A DNA stretch of 64,000 bases. Source: Minisyncoccota bacterium (GTDB lineage Bacteria; Patescibacteriota; Minisyncoccia; Phycocordibacterales; UBA2100). Both the position numbers and the translations under genes were made by a program. The notes beneath the pieces are model-generated. The model was not told the DNA's origin. It saw only the letters and a program-made list of their open reading frames with translations, and did not search any database. Shown one piece after another: positions 48,699 to 58,622 of the stretch (positions are counted from its first letter, which is position 1; each line of letters begins with the position of its first letter). The stretch lies in NCBI GenBank assembly GCA_035559235.1, contig DATMBM010000016.1, forward strand, positions 28,431 to 92,430, given 5' to 3'.

Positions 48699-50399
48699 TT
48701 AAATCGCCAAATCTACCGTCACGCTGTCACGAACCGTCGAGGACGAATTGGTAACGAGGCACTCAATCGTAAATGTTGTAGGGCCGGTAATCGGCACGGT
48801 CGCGCCAGCGCCAAAGAGCGTGCTTTGTGAGAAGCTCGGACCGGATACAGTACACGCACTCACGCCGCGCGAATTCCAAAAGATGTACGTGCGTGCACCA
48901 AGGCGGACCGACGGCGGCTCGGCGCGGATATCGACTTCCGGCGGAATGTACGGGCTGGTTGTCGTACTCGAAGGAACCGTCTGCGTACCTCCTGCGGTAA
49001 ACGTCGTATTTGATGTTGTTTGCGTGCCACCGCCACCACCGCCTCCGCTTGTAAGCGGCCTGCCCGGCTCATACCCGGCGCGGCGGCAGAGATTGTCGAA
49101 GAAGCCGTCCGGCGCGAGGTTACCGAGGAAGTTATTCGCCGCCCATGGCCGCGCGGCGCAGACACGCGCAAGCGCCGACTGCGAACCGTCGCCGAAGGTA
49201 TTACCGCCGAAAAAGCCCGCGACTTCGGTGAGTCCTTGCCGTAAATTGGCGAAGACGGTAGCGCCCGCGCCACCGAGCCGTACGTCGCCGGTGAGACCGG
49301 ATTGCAACTGACCCGTGTTCGTCGCGCTCAGATTATTCTGCACCTGCGTCTGGGTAACGACAGAATTATTCGTCTGTCTCTGCTGCAACAGCGAATTGGT
49401 GTTAGTGCCCGCATTCGTGTTGATGTTCGTGTTGGTGCTTGTCGAAGAACCACCGAGCGCCTTCAAAAGATCACTGATGAGGTTGGGTTGGATGGTGGTG
49501 GTACCGGTAAGCTGGCCAGAAACGCCAGGTTGATAGATCCCGCATGGATCTGATGTTGGTGTTGATGTGTAGTAGAACTGCGTGCAGCCGGTGTAATTCG
49601 GGTAGGGATATCCTCCGCCTCCACCGCCCGAGCCGCCGCCTCCACCCATGAGCCCTTGCAGGCCCTGAAGGATACTTGAGAGTACTTGCATGCCCTGACC
49701 AAGCCCCTGCTGCCCGCCGCCGAGCGCGCCTTGCCCACCACCTGACGTGTCACCGAAGCATTTGTTCGGCTGAAGACATCTGCCTATTGTCGTGAATCCG
49801 GCCGTGTTGTTTACGCACGTACATTGGTGCATGTTTGGTCCTTGTCTTTTGCAGCCACACCCGCTGTCAGTACACACCCAGATAATCCCGCAGGGGCATC
49901 GCACGTCAACAGGATTGCATTGAGCATTCTGCGCATTGCTTCCGCCAAGCGCGCTCTGAAGCTGTCCGAGCCCAGAGAGCGTTTGTCCGAGTGCCTGCAA
50001 TGCTTCGAGGCCGGATGGGCCACCCCCACCGCCGCCTGCACCGCTGCCGCCACCGGCGCCAAATGAGGGTTCAACGAAAACGGTTACGCTGCAGGTTGCA
50101 CTACCGCCAGAGCCGGTCACGGTCGCGGTAAACGTTTTTGTTTCGGTGATGTTCGATACCTGTTTCGTGCCGTTTGGCGACGTGGAGCCGACGCCCTGGT
50201 TGATCGTGGCGGCGGACGCATTCGTCGAGGTAAGCGTGAGCGTCACCGTCTGCGACCCGGACACCAAGCTAAAGACAGAAGGGCTCGCGTTCAGCGTGCA
50301 TGTCGGCACTTGCGCATGCGCAGCAAGTGGAATAGAGAAGAAAAGCAACGTCGTCACTGCCCACGCAAAGGGAAACAGCCGAGAACGGATCATAATCAC
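48699..50399 (-). CDS. Secreted Gly/Cys/Thr-rich surface protein (566 aa)
   Basis: Signal peptide ending AHA-Q; Ig-like units at both ends, poly-Gly linkers, Cys cluster. Confidence 0.8.
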   Translation of the reverse strand: MIMIRSRLFPFAWAVTTLLFFSIPLAAHAQVPTCTLNASPSVFSLVSGSQTVTLTLTSTNASAATINQGVGSTSPNGTKQVSNITETKTFTATVTGSGGSATCSVTVFVEPSFGAGGGSGAGGGGGGPSGLEALQALGQTLSGLGQLQSALGGSNAQNAQCNPVDVRCPCGIIWVCTDSGCGCKRQGPNMHQCTCVNNTAGFTTIGRCLQPNKCFGDTSGGGQGALGGGQQGLGQGMQVLSSILQGLQGLMGGGGGSGGGGGGYPYPNYTGCTQFYYTSTPTSDPCGIYQPGVSGQLTGTTTIQPNLISDLLKALGGSSTSTNTNINTNAGTNTNSLLQQRQTNNSVVTQTQVQNNLSATNTGQLQSGLTGDVRLGGAGATVFANLRQGLTEVAGFFGGNTFGDGSQSALARVCAARPWAANNFLGNLAPDGFFDNLCRRAGYEPGRPLTSGGGGGGGTQTTSNTTFTAGGTQTVPSSTTTSPYIPPEVDIRAEPPSVRLGARTYIFWNSRGVSACTVSGPSFSQSTLFGAGATVPITGPTTFTIECLVTNSSSTVRDSVTVDLAI

Positions 50400-50450
50400 C
50401 CTTTAATAGTACGAGACGCCGTCGCGGTGTCCACGAATCATCTGTGCATA

Positions 50451-51092
50451 TCACCGCACCGCGAGCAGAAAGCGCTCGAGGGCATATTCGAGATCTTCCC
50501 CTTTTCGCCGTGCTTCATGTGGAAGCTCGGCGAGTGAGGCGACCAGGTCAGAAGCGCGTCTTCGCACAGCTGCATCCCGCCCGGCCTTGAGGAACATGTC
50601 CTTTGCTGCCCAAAACAGGACGCCGTGCACCATCTCCGGCGCGCTCCCTTTCGCGACTTCGCGCATGTAGCCGACCCAGAGCGCTTTCTTGTCGGCCTTG
50701 CGGAGCGCGTTTGCCATCACAAAAATCCCTGAATCGCGCTCCTTTTTTGGTGCATCGAATTTTTCAACAGTGTCCGCGAATTTCTCCAATTTTTTGCGCA
50801 GATCGGCGAGCGGCTTTTCTTCATACAAAAAGATGTCTTCGTTTGATTCGGAAAGTCGCCCGAGAGCGCTCAGAAAAATCTCGCACAATTCTGCATTCAT
50901 GCAGACTCCCTCAAACACCAACACCCGCTTCCCTCCGAACATGCCGCCGCCTTGCAGTGCGGCCTTCAGATCATCGGCACTGTGCGCGTCCGTAATCCGG
51001 ACAACTTCGGCCTTTTTCGCCGCTTTGTCGATCGCGATGTTCAGTTTTGCGCGCGCTCGCTCTCTGTCTGTTCCTAGATACAGATGCAGCAT
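50451..51092 (-). CDS. holA: DNA polymerase III delta subunit-like protein (short CPR form)
   Basis: LHLYLGTD, GGMFGGKRVLV, terminal ALERFLL; directly downstream of polA. Confidence 0.65.
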   Translation of the reverse strand: MLHLYLGTDRERARAKLNIAIDKAAKKAEVVRITDAHSADDLKAALQGGGMFGGKRVLVFEGVCMNAELCEIFLSALGRLSESNEDIFLYEEKPLADLRKKLEKFADTVEKFDAPKKERDSGIFVMANALRKADKKALWVGYMREVAKGSAPEMVHGVLFWAAKDMFLKAGRDAAVRRRASDLVASLAELPHEARRKGEDLEYALERFLLAVR

Positions 51093-51094
51093 AC

Positions 51095-53494
51095 CTACGA
51101 TATTTTTCGCATGTCGTCCCAATTCTCGCCGATCTTTGCTTCGGCGACAATTGGCACTTCAGAGAGCGCGTCGGTGGGCGCGACATGCTCCATGACGCTG
51201 CGAATTTCTCGAGCAGCGTCTTCCGCGATGTTTTCATGTATTTCGTACACCAGCTCGTCGTGCACTTGGAGCACCAGTTTTACTTTTTCTTCCCACCCCT
51301 TCTCCTTGATCATTTCATCGGCCCGTACCATGGCGAGCTTGATGATGTCAGCCTGCGAACCTTGGATGGGTGCGTTCACGGCGAATCGTTCGGCCTGAGA
51401 GCGCAACTGCGGCAGCGCTGATTTAAAACCCGGCAGGTACCTCCGGCGCCCAAACACGGTCTCGACAAAGCCCTGCCGCTCGCCGTCCCGTTTTATTTTC
51501 TCGACCCACCGGGCGAGCTGTGGGTAACTTGCAAAGTATTCGTCGAGATAGCGCGCAGCTTCGTCACGACTCACCGTGGCGCCGAGGTTTGTTCGCAGCG
51601 CATTCACCCCCATGCCGTAGAGGATGCCGAAGTTGATCACCTTTGCCCGGCGACGCATCTCTTTGTCGACGTGCTCCGCCGGCACGTTAAACACGTTTGC
51701 GGCGACCGCTGTATGGATATCGTTCCCGCGCTTGAATACGTCGATCAGTTTTTCGTCGCCTGAAAGGCCGGCGGCGACGCGCAGTTCGATTTGGGAGTAG
51801 TCTAACGAAACGATGCGAAATCCGCGCGGCGCATTGAACGCGCTCCGGATGCGCCGGCCGTATTCGGTGCGAATCGGGATATTCTGCAAATTCGGATTCT
51901 GGCAACCCATCCGTCCGGTCACCGTCCCCGCCTGCAAGAATTCGGCATGCAACCTGCCGTCATCCGTCACCAGCTCCGCCATTTTCTCAACGTAGGTCGA
52001 GAGGAGCTTTTGCAGTTCGCGGTACTGCAAGACATCGTCGATGATCGGGTGCTCCGCCGACAGTTTCGCGAGCTCCTCCTCTCGGGTCGTTCGCAGCCCG
52101 GTTGAAGTCTTCCGGTGCCGCTCCGGCGTGATTTTCAATTCGTCGTAGAGCACCGTCGCCAGCTGCCGTGTCGAGTTGATGTTGAATTCGTGTCCCGCGT
52201 GCTGGAAAATACGCCCCGCAATCGCCCCGAGCTCGCTCCGATATTCTTTCGCGAGCTTCTCAAGTGCCGCCTTGTCGATACACACGCCGCGCGCATTCAT
52301 TGCCTGCACAACCGGTATCAAGGGTTTCTCAATCCGTTCAAACACGTCCTGCAGCCGCCCGGTCTCCCGTAGCTTTTTTGCGATTATCTCTCGCGCTTCA
52401 GAAAAAGTGCGCGCCTCCGCGTAGTCGAGAATCTGCTCGAGCGACGGCTCCGTGATATCAGAATGGAGGAGCCAGAGCATGAGCGCCGTTTCGCGAACAC
52501 TCTCTGGGTCAAGTTCTTCCGGCTGCGTTTCGGACTCGCGCGCGACATCTGCCGCCACCAGGTTCTTCAGCCGCGAGTGGAGCCGCTCTTTAATAGAGCG
52601 AAATTCATACCGATCGCAGAGCACATCGATGCTACCCATGTGATTGGAAACCTTCCATTCTTCCTGCGGAATTTTAAAATCAATCGGCGCTTCGCGACTG
52701 ATTGTTGCCAGTTGCTTTGAAAGCCGCGCATCACTCTCTCCCGCTTCAAGCAGACCGACGATCCGTTTCTTGATGCCCACCTTTTCGAAGGCGGCCGGGC
52801 TTTTCTTGAGCGTCTTGTAGATGTCTTCGATGGAACCAAAATTCGTAATTAGTTGTTCCGCAGTCTTTTCCCCGATGCCTTTCACGCCCTTAATATTGTC
52901 GGACGGATCGCCGCGCAGTGCTTTGTAATCGACGATATGTTCCGGGCCGAAGCCGTACCGTTCACGCACACGGTCTTCATCGTACAAAATCGTATCTTGG
53001 ATGCCCTGCCGGAGCGTATAGACCTGCACCGCGTCGCCGCGTATGAGTTGCAACGTATCCAAATCTCCCGTCGCAATCACGACGTCGATGTCGCTGTCTT
53101 TCAATTGCTCGACGATCGTACCGATACAATCGTCCGCTTCAAAACCCGGCGCGCTGTAGACCGGGATGCCGAATGCTTCAAACACATCGGGCGCTCGCTT
53201 GATCTGCTCAACGAGCTCGTCGTCGGCTTCGGCCCGATGCCCCTTGTAGTCGGCAAACAACCCGTCGCGGAAGGTCCCGCCAGGAAGATCACGCGCGGCG
53301 ATTACGTAGTCGGGCGACAGCTCGTCGACGACCTTGAGTAGCATCGTGATGAGGCCATACAGGGCCCCCGTCGGCTCTCCCTTCGACGTCGAAAAACCGG
53401 GGATCGCGTGGTAGGCGCGGTGCAGGATGGCGTGCGAATCGATGAGCACGAGTCGCTTATGCTCCTTAGGTTTCGTACGTGATTTCGCGCTCAT
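51095..53494 (-). CDS. polA: DNA polymerase I
   Basis: LIDSHAILHRAYHA, FEADD, GDPSDNI, NLQNIP, DYSQIELR, KVINFGILYG, QVHDE. Confidence 0.98.
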   Translation of the reverse strand: MSAKSRTKPKEHKRLVLIDSHAILHRAYHAIPGFSTSKGEPTGALYGLITMLLKVVDELSPDYVIAARDLPGGTFRDGLFADYKGHRAEADDELVEQIKRAPDVFEAFGIPVYSAPGFEADDCIGTIVEQLKDSDIDVVIATGDLDTLQLIRGDAVQVYTLRQGIQDTILYDEDRVRERYGFGPEHIVDYKALRGDPSDNIKGVKGIGEKTAEQLITNFGSIEDIYKTLKKSPAAFEKVGIKKRIVGLLEAGESDARLSKQLATISREAPIDFKIPQEEWKVSNHMGSIDVLCDRYEFRSIKERLHSRLKNLVAADVARESETQPEELDPESVRETALMLWLLHSDITEPSLEQILDYAEARTFSEAREIIAKKLRETGRLQDVFERIEKPLIPVVQAMNARGVCIDKAALEKLAKEYRSELGAIAGRIFQHAGHEFNINSTRQLATVLYDELKITPERHRKTSTGLRTTREEELAKLSAEHPIIDDVLQYRELQKLLSTYVEKMAELVTDDGRLHAEFLQAGTVTGRMGCQNPNLQNIPIRTEYGRRIRSAFNAPRGFRIVSLDYSQIELRVAAGLSGDEKLIDVFKRGNDIHTAVAANVFNVPAEHVDKEMRRRAKVINFGILYGMGVNALRTNLGATVSRDEAARYLDEYFASYPQLARWVEKIKRDGERQGFVETVFGRRRYLPGFKSALPQLRSQAERFAVNAPIQGSQADIIKLAMVRADEMIKEKGWEEKVKLVLQVHDELVYEIHENIAEDAAREIRSVMEHVAPTDALSEVPIVAEAKIGENWDDMRKIS

Positions 53495-53897
53495 CGTCTC
53501 CACTATACCGAAGTGTGATACGAATCGCACTGCCGGGAATTGCGCTGGGCACGCGCTCCGGCCATTCCACGATAACGAGAGTGTCCCGATCACGAAGCAG
53601 CTCCGCCCAGCCCAACACGTTGATATGCCGCTCGCCTTCGAGACGATACGCGTCTACATGCACCAAGCGCCTGAAAGGCCGCTCCCGCAACTCGTAGGTT
53701 TTCATGATGACGAACGTCGGACTGGTGACGTGCTCCGTGACCCCGAGTTCCGCGGCGACAGCCTTGGCAAATGCCGTCTTGCCGGCGCCAAGGTCGCCCG
53801 AGAGCGTGACAACGGTCGCATGATCCGCGTGCGGCGCAAGCGATCGCGCGAAACGCGCCGCCTCCTCTCGAAACGCTTCTATCCCGCGTACCCGCAT
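53466..53897 (-). CDS. tsaE: tRNA t6A biosynthesis ATPase TsaE
   Basis: GDLGAGKT, VTSPTF, HVDAYRL, VEWPE. Confidence 0.96.
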   Translation of the reverse strand: MRVRGIEAFREEAARFARSLAPHADHATVVTLSGDLGAGKTAFAKAVAAELGVTEHVTSPTFVIMKTYELRERPFRRLVHVDAYRLEGERHINVLGWAELLRDRDTLVIVEWPERVPSAIPGSAIRITLRYSGDDEREITYET

Positions 53898-53921
53898 TTC
53901 CCTACGGTACAATATGATCCA

Positions 53922-55622
53922 ATGGCGACGCAATTCAACGATCGCAAACAAGACGAGCGCCTGCAGGAGTTGCGCAAGCGCGAAGAAGAGCAGCTTGCCG
54001 AAATGCTGGCGTCAAAATACGGCGTGCAGTACGTCGATTTGACTTCGAAGTCGATCGACACGGACGCGCTGCGCCTCATCCCCGAACGGGAAGCGCGCGA
54101 CGCGGAAGTCGCCGCATTCCGCAAGATCAACAAGCGCATCTTCATCGCAATGCGCGCGCCCGAGCGCGACGACTCGGCACGCGCCGTACAAAACGTCGAG
54201 CGGCTCGGCTACCAGGTGGAGCGCTGCATCGCCTCACGCGCTTCTTTGGAACACGCATGGGATCGTTACCACGATATTTCTTTTGCGACGGAAACCGAGG
54301 CGGGCGTACTTACGCTGTCAAACGAGACGATCCAGCGGATGCTGCAGGAATTAAAGACGCTCGACGACGTACGCACGCACATCAAGGAGCACATGGGAAG
54401 CAAGGACACGCACCGTATTTCGCGCGCGCTTGAAGTAACGATGGCCGGCGCGCTTTCGCTGGGCGCTTCCGACGTGCACCTTGAGCCGGAAGAAACGGGC
54501 GTGCGCATGCGCTATCGCCTCGACGGCGTACTCGTCGAAGTGCTCACCTTCGATGCACCGACCTACGCGCTGATGTCATCGCGCCTCAAGCTCCTCTCCG
54601 GATTAAAGCTCAATATAAAAAACGCCGCGCAAGACGGCCGCTTCTCCATCGTCGTGAACGAAAAGGAAATTGAAATCCGCACCTCGGTGCTTCCCGGTGC
54701 CTACGCCGAAACGATGGTCATGCGCATCCTCGATCCATCGACGATTGCACTCGGCATGGACCAGCTCGGCTTTTCGAAATACCTCATCGATATTTTCGAT
54801 GCGGAAATCGCGAAACCGAACGGCATGATATTGAACACGGGTCCGACGGGAAGCGGTAAGACGACGACGCTCTACGCGTTCTTAAAGCGAGTCTTGAGCC
54901 CGGGCATCAAGATCGTCACGATCGAAGATCCGATCGAATACCACCTGCCCGGCATCGTGCAAACCCAGGTCTCAAAAGACTACACATTCGCCTCGGGCTT
55001 ACGTTCAACGCTGCGCCAGGACCCGGATGTCATCATGGTCGGTGAAATTCGAGACGCCGAAGTCGCCTCGACCGCCGTCAACGCGTCACTGACCGGCCAC
55101 CTTGTCTTCTCAACGCTACACACCAATGACGCTGCCGGCACCTTTCCGCGCCTCTTGGACATGGGAGTCAATGTCGATGTGCTCGGCGCCGCGCTCACCG
55201 TGACCATGGCACAACGTCTCGTGCGCCGGCTCTGCGATACGTGCCGCGTCGCAACCCCAATCGCGGGCGATGACGCAAAAACACTTGAACCGATCCTGCG
55301 CAACATCCCGCACCCGGAAGAGCTTCCGCAAAATCGCGACACGATGTGGGTCGTGAAGCCCGGCGGATGCGCGAAGTGCGGCGGTTTAGGTTACAAAGGC
55401 CGTATCAGCGTCGTTGAAGTCATCCTCATGGATAAGGGAATTGAAGAAGTCGTGCGCAAAACGACAAGCGCGCGAGAGATCTGGCGCGCTGCGAAGCACC
55501 AAAACATCCGCCGCATGGCGCAAGACGGGGCTGTTAAAGTCTTGCAAGGCGTCACCTCGCTCGAAGAATTGGGCCGCATCGTCGATTTGCACGATGAAGT
55601 GATGCTCGAGACGTTGGCGTAA
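53922..55622 (+). CDS. pilB: Type IV pilus assembly ATPase PilB/GspE
   Basis: ASDVHLEP, AQDGRF, TGPTGSGKTTT, TIEDPIEY, LRQDPD, STLHTN, CxxC...CxxC. Confidence 0.92.
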   Translation: MATQFNDRKQDERLQELRKREEEQLAEMLASKYGVQYVDLTSKSIDTDALRLIPEREARDAEVAAFRKINKRIFIAMRAPERDDSARAVQNVERLGYQVERCIASRASLEHAWDRYHDISFATETEAGVLTLSNETIQRMLQELKTLDDVRTHIKEHMGSKDTHRISRALEVTMAGALSLGASDVHLEPEETGVRMRYRLDGVLVEVLTFDAPTYALMSSRLKLLSGLKLNIKNAAQDGRFSIVVNEKEIEIRTSVLPGAYAETMVMRILDPSTIALGMDQLGFSKYLIDIFDAEIAKPNGMILNTGPTGSGKTTTLYAFLKRVLSPGIKIVTIEDPIEYHLPGIVQTQVSKDYTFASGLRSTLRQDPDVIMVGEIRDAEVASTAVNASLTGHLVFSTLHTNDAAGTFPRLLDMGVNVDVLGAALTVTMAQRLVRRLCDTCRVATPIAGDDAKTLEPILRNIPHPEELPQNRDTMWVVKPGGCAKCGGLGYKGRISVVEVILMDKGIEEVVRKTTSAREIWRAAKHQNIRRMAQDGAVKVLQGVTSLEELGRIVDLHDEVMLETLA

Positions 55623-56017
55623 TGAAGGAGAAATGAAATTTCAGCATAAAATGAAGTTTGCGCCGTAGCAAAAGAAATTTTTTCGTGCACACTTTAGAGC
55701 AGAACACAAAAAATACATTGCGTATTGGATACGCAATGCTAAGGTGGGAAAAGACATTCGAATGCGTTGAAAATCGAATGATGTCGGAGAAGCACATCTC
55801 CGAGCAATAGCTTTCAATGGATCATCGAAAGTCGGATAGTACCTGAGGAGAGGGGCAGCAAACAGCCCAAGGGCGGCAACCGCCGCCATCCTTGGTGAAA
55901 TCCTGACATGCTCGGAGATGTGCGCCTCTGACGTTCTCTTTCTCTTCGGCGCGAAAGCGCAAAAGAAAAAGAGGCGTTCTTGAGACGCCACTCTACTGGC
56001 TAGTGTAGCATACTAGA

Positions 56018-57076
56018 GTGCCGTTGTCAAATATGAACAATGACCCGGAAACAGGCGAAAAATCCGCCTCGGCTCAACCTCGTCGAGACGCGTCGCTCCG
56101 CACACTCGACCAGGCGCTGCGCCCATCGCTGTGGGATGAGTACATCGGTCAATCCATCATCAAGGAAAACCTCCGCATTCTTTTGAGTGCCGCGAAGGGT
56201 CGCAAACAACAACCTGAGCACGTGCTGCTCTACGGCCCGCCGGGCCTCGGCAAAACAACGCTCGCGCACTTGATCACCAAAGAAATCGGCGCGTCGCTCC
56301 GTTCGACCTCGGGACCTGCGATCGAGCGCGTCGGCGACCTGGCATCCATCCTCACCAACCTCTCCCCTGGCGACGTGCTCTTCATCGATGAAATCCATCG
56401 GCTCAATCGCACGATTGAAGAGATTTTGTATCCCGCGATGGAGAGCGGCGTTCTTGATATCGTGATCGGCAAGGGACCGAGCGCACGCACGGTCCAACTG
56501 GAGCTTCCGCCGTTTACGCTGATTTCCGCGACGACGCGCATTTCAATGCTCTCGTCGCCCCTGCGAAGCCGTTTTTCCGGCGGCGTTTTCCGTCTTTCGT
56601 ACTACACCGAAGACGAGATCGCGACAATTTTGAAGCGCTCGGCAGACATTCTCGGCATTGCAATTGATGACGAGTCGCTCAAAGAGATCGCACGCCGGTC
56701 GCGCGCGACGCCGCGTACCGCCAACTACTTATTGAAGCGCTGTCGCGACTTTGCGGAGGTAAATGGCGAACAGTTGGATTTGAAAACCGTGAAGAAAGCG
56801 CTCGCGCTACTTGAAGTGGACGAACTTGGGCTCAACCAAATCGACCGCGATATCCTTGGCGTCCTGATCGACAAATTCGGCGGGGGGCCGGTCGGCCTGA
56901 AGACAATTGCGGCCGCGCTTTCGGAAGAAGAAGCGACGATCGAGGAAGTGCACGAACCGTACCTGATGCAGCTCGGCTTATTGGAGCGGACACCGCGCGG
57001 CCGTACCGTCACTGAAAAAGGATACGGGCACTTGGGTGAAGATATGCCCCAAAGTCAGCAAGCGAAACTAATATAG
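56018..57076 (+). CDS. ruvB: Holliday junction branch migration helicase RuvB
   Basis: [25 protein letters not shown]...RTPRGR. Confidence 0.98.
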   Translation: MPLSNMNNDPETGEKSASAQPRRDASLRTLDQALRPSLWDEYIGQSIIKENLRILLSAAKGRKQQPEHVLLYGPPGLGKTTLAHLITKEIGASLRSTSGPAIERVGDLASILTNLSPGDVLFIDEIHRLNRTIEEILYPAMESGVLDIVIGKGPSARTVQLELPPFTLISATTRISMLSSPLRSRFSGGVFRLSYYTEDEIATILKRSADILGIAIDDESLKEIARRSRATPRTANYLLKRCRDFAEVNGEQLDLKTVKKALALLEVDELGLNQIDRDILGVLIDKFGGGPVGLKTIAAALSEEEATIEEVHEPYLMQLGLLERTPRGRTVTEKGYGHLGEDMPQSQQAKLI

Positions 57077-57082
57077 ACAGTA

Positions 57083-57301
57083 CTAGTGAAACTTCCCATC
57101 GATCCCTCGAGCCAATCCGTACTTCGCCTCAAGAGCATTTCGCTCGCGCACGAGAAGGGCGACGCCACGATCGTTCTCAGCTGGCTTTCCCGCATCGTCG
57201 ATATCCTTCTGCAACCTGTTCGCCTTTTCGGCAGCTTCAGCTCTCGAGAGCGCCTCGCTTCCTTTGCCCGCACCTATCTTGTCGAGACCGCCGTCTAACA
57301 T
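57083..57301 (-). CDS. Small hypothetical protein (72 aa)
   Basis: TACAAT-6nt-ATG start; fills the gap between ruvB and yebC. Confidence 0.55.
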   Translation of the reverse strand: MLDGGLDKIGAGKGSEALSRAEAAEKANRLQKDIDDAGKPAENDRGVALLVRERNALEAKYGLARGIDGKFH

Positions 57302-57394
57302 GGTTTGATTGTACCATTACTGTGCAAAAAACGCGCGAGGCGACGTGGACAGTAAAATTGTGACTGATTCTCATGATGCGGTATAGTCTCCGCC

Positions 57395-57922
57395 ATGGCT
57401 GGACACAACAAATGGGCACAAATCAAGCGGCAAAAGGGCGCAAATGACGCGGCGCGAGGCGCCTTGTTTGGAAAGCTAGCCCGTCGCATTACCGTTGAGG
57501 CGAAAAAAGCGGGAGGCGACCTCAACTCTGCTTCGCTTCGCGCCGCGATTGAAAAAGCGAAGGCGGCAAACATGCCAAAAGAGAACATCGAGCGTGCGGT
57601 CTCGAAAGCCACGGCGGGTGGTGCTGATATGGAGAGCGTCATCTACGAAGCATACGGCCCCGGAGGCGCCGCCGTCATCATCGAAGCGCTCACCGACAAC
57701 AAAAACCGCACGCTTCAGGATCTGAAGGCGATATTCGCCAAACACAACATCAATCTTGCCGCACCAGGCTCCGCGCTGTGGGCATTCACCAAAACGGAGC
57801 AGGGCTACCAGCCGAATGCCACCGTCCCTCTCTCGGAGGAAGATGACGCGGCGTTGATGAAAATCATGGAATTAATCGATGCGCTCGATGACGTGGAAGA
57901 AGTGTATACCAATGCGCAATAG
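57395..57922 (+). CDS. yebC: YebC/PmpR family protein (short form)
   Basis: MAGHNKWAQIK, NMPKENIERA, YEAYGPGG, TDNKNRT, DDVEEVYTN. Confidence 0.95.
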   Translation: MAGHNKWAQIKRQKGANDAARGALFGKLARRITVEAKKAGGDLNSASLRAAIEKAKAANMPKENIERAVSKATAGGADMESVIYEAYGPGGAAVIIEALTDNKNRTLQDLKAIFAKHNINLAAPGSALWAFTKTEQGYQPNATVPLSEEDDAALMKIMELIDALDDVEEVYTNAQ

Positions 57923-57989
57923 CGCGGCTACGTGAAGTGTGATTAAGTAGACACGGTACATTAGGATACTCAGAGAAGAGGAGGGTGAT

Positions 57990-58559
57990 GTGAGATACGC
58001 CGCCTTCTGTGCCGCACTCTGCGCGGGTTCGATCGCGTTCGCCGAGCCTTCTGCGCAGCCGTTCCAGAAAACGTACGGGGATGCGGTCCCATTTTCAGGC
58101 GCAATACAATTTTGCGATTCCTACCCTCAAGAATGCGTGCCGCAAGGCACAACGGAGCGACTTGTCGCAACAAAAGAGTTGTTCGAGCTTCTTGCGGGCA
58201 TCAACCGAGATGTCAACAAGACAATCGAAGGCACAGTCGAAAGAGAAGAATGGTGGTCCATTCCCGCCAACGGAAAGGGGGACTGCGAGGATATTGCGAT
58301 ACTGAAACGACATATCCTGATACGGCTTGGCCTGCCGTCCGGCGCCCTCTTGCTGGCGGTCGTGCGCGACGAAGACCAAAACGGCCATGCCTTGCTCATT
58401 GTCAGGACAACGGTCGGCGATTTCGCCCTGGATAACAAGATTATGGAGGTGGTGCCGTGGCACGCGCTTCCGTACCGCTGGCTCCAGCGCCAGTCGATCC
58501 ATGACCCTCGGCTGTGGCGCATGTTGGAGGCGCCGGTAACGGCATCCGCTCGCAAATAA
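57990..58559 (+). CDS. Transglutaminase-like cysteine peptidase (BTLCP/C93, LapG-like)
   Basis: Signal peptide; FC...P.EC, GDCEDIAILKR, GHALL, LDN triad; AGGAGG SD. Confidence 0.9.
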   Translation: MRYAAFCAALCAGSIAFAEPSAQPFQKTYGDAVPFSGAIQFCDSYPQECVPQGTTERLVATKELFELLAGINRDVNKTIEGTVEREEWWSIPANGKGDCEDIAILKRHILIRLGLPSGALLLAVVRDEDQNGHALLIVRTTVGDFALDNKIMEVVPWHALPYRWLQRQSIHDPRLWRMLEAPVTASARK

Positions 58560-58560
58560 G

Positions 58561-58597
58561 AGGCGGCCGCGCACCTACGCGGCCGCCTTCTTTTTTT
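58561..58597 (+). terminator. Intrinsic terminator
   Basis: AGGCGGCCGCG...CGCGGCCGCCT followed by TCTTTTTTT. Confidence 0.85.
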
Positions 58598-58622
58598 GTC
58601 GTTCTCGCATACACTTAGGCCC

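Noticed and set aside
53427-53921. N-terminal extension of PilB given by the ORF track
   Set aside because: It overlaps tsaE and polA on the opposite strand; the likely start is the ATG at 53922 behind TACAAT
34047-58588. GCGGCCGC-containing hairpins at 34047, 34786 and 58561 as a repeat family
   Set aside because: Similarity is limited to a short GC-rich core, and each follows a stop codon as an ordinary terminator would
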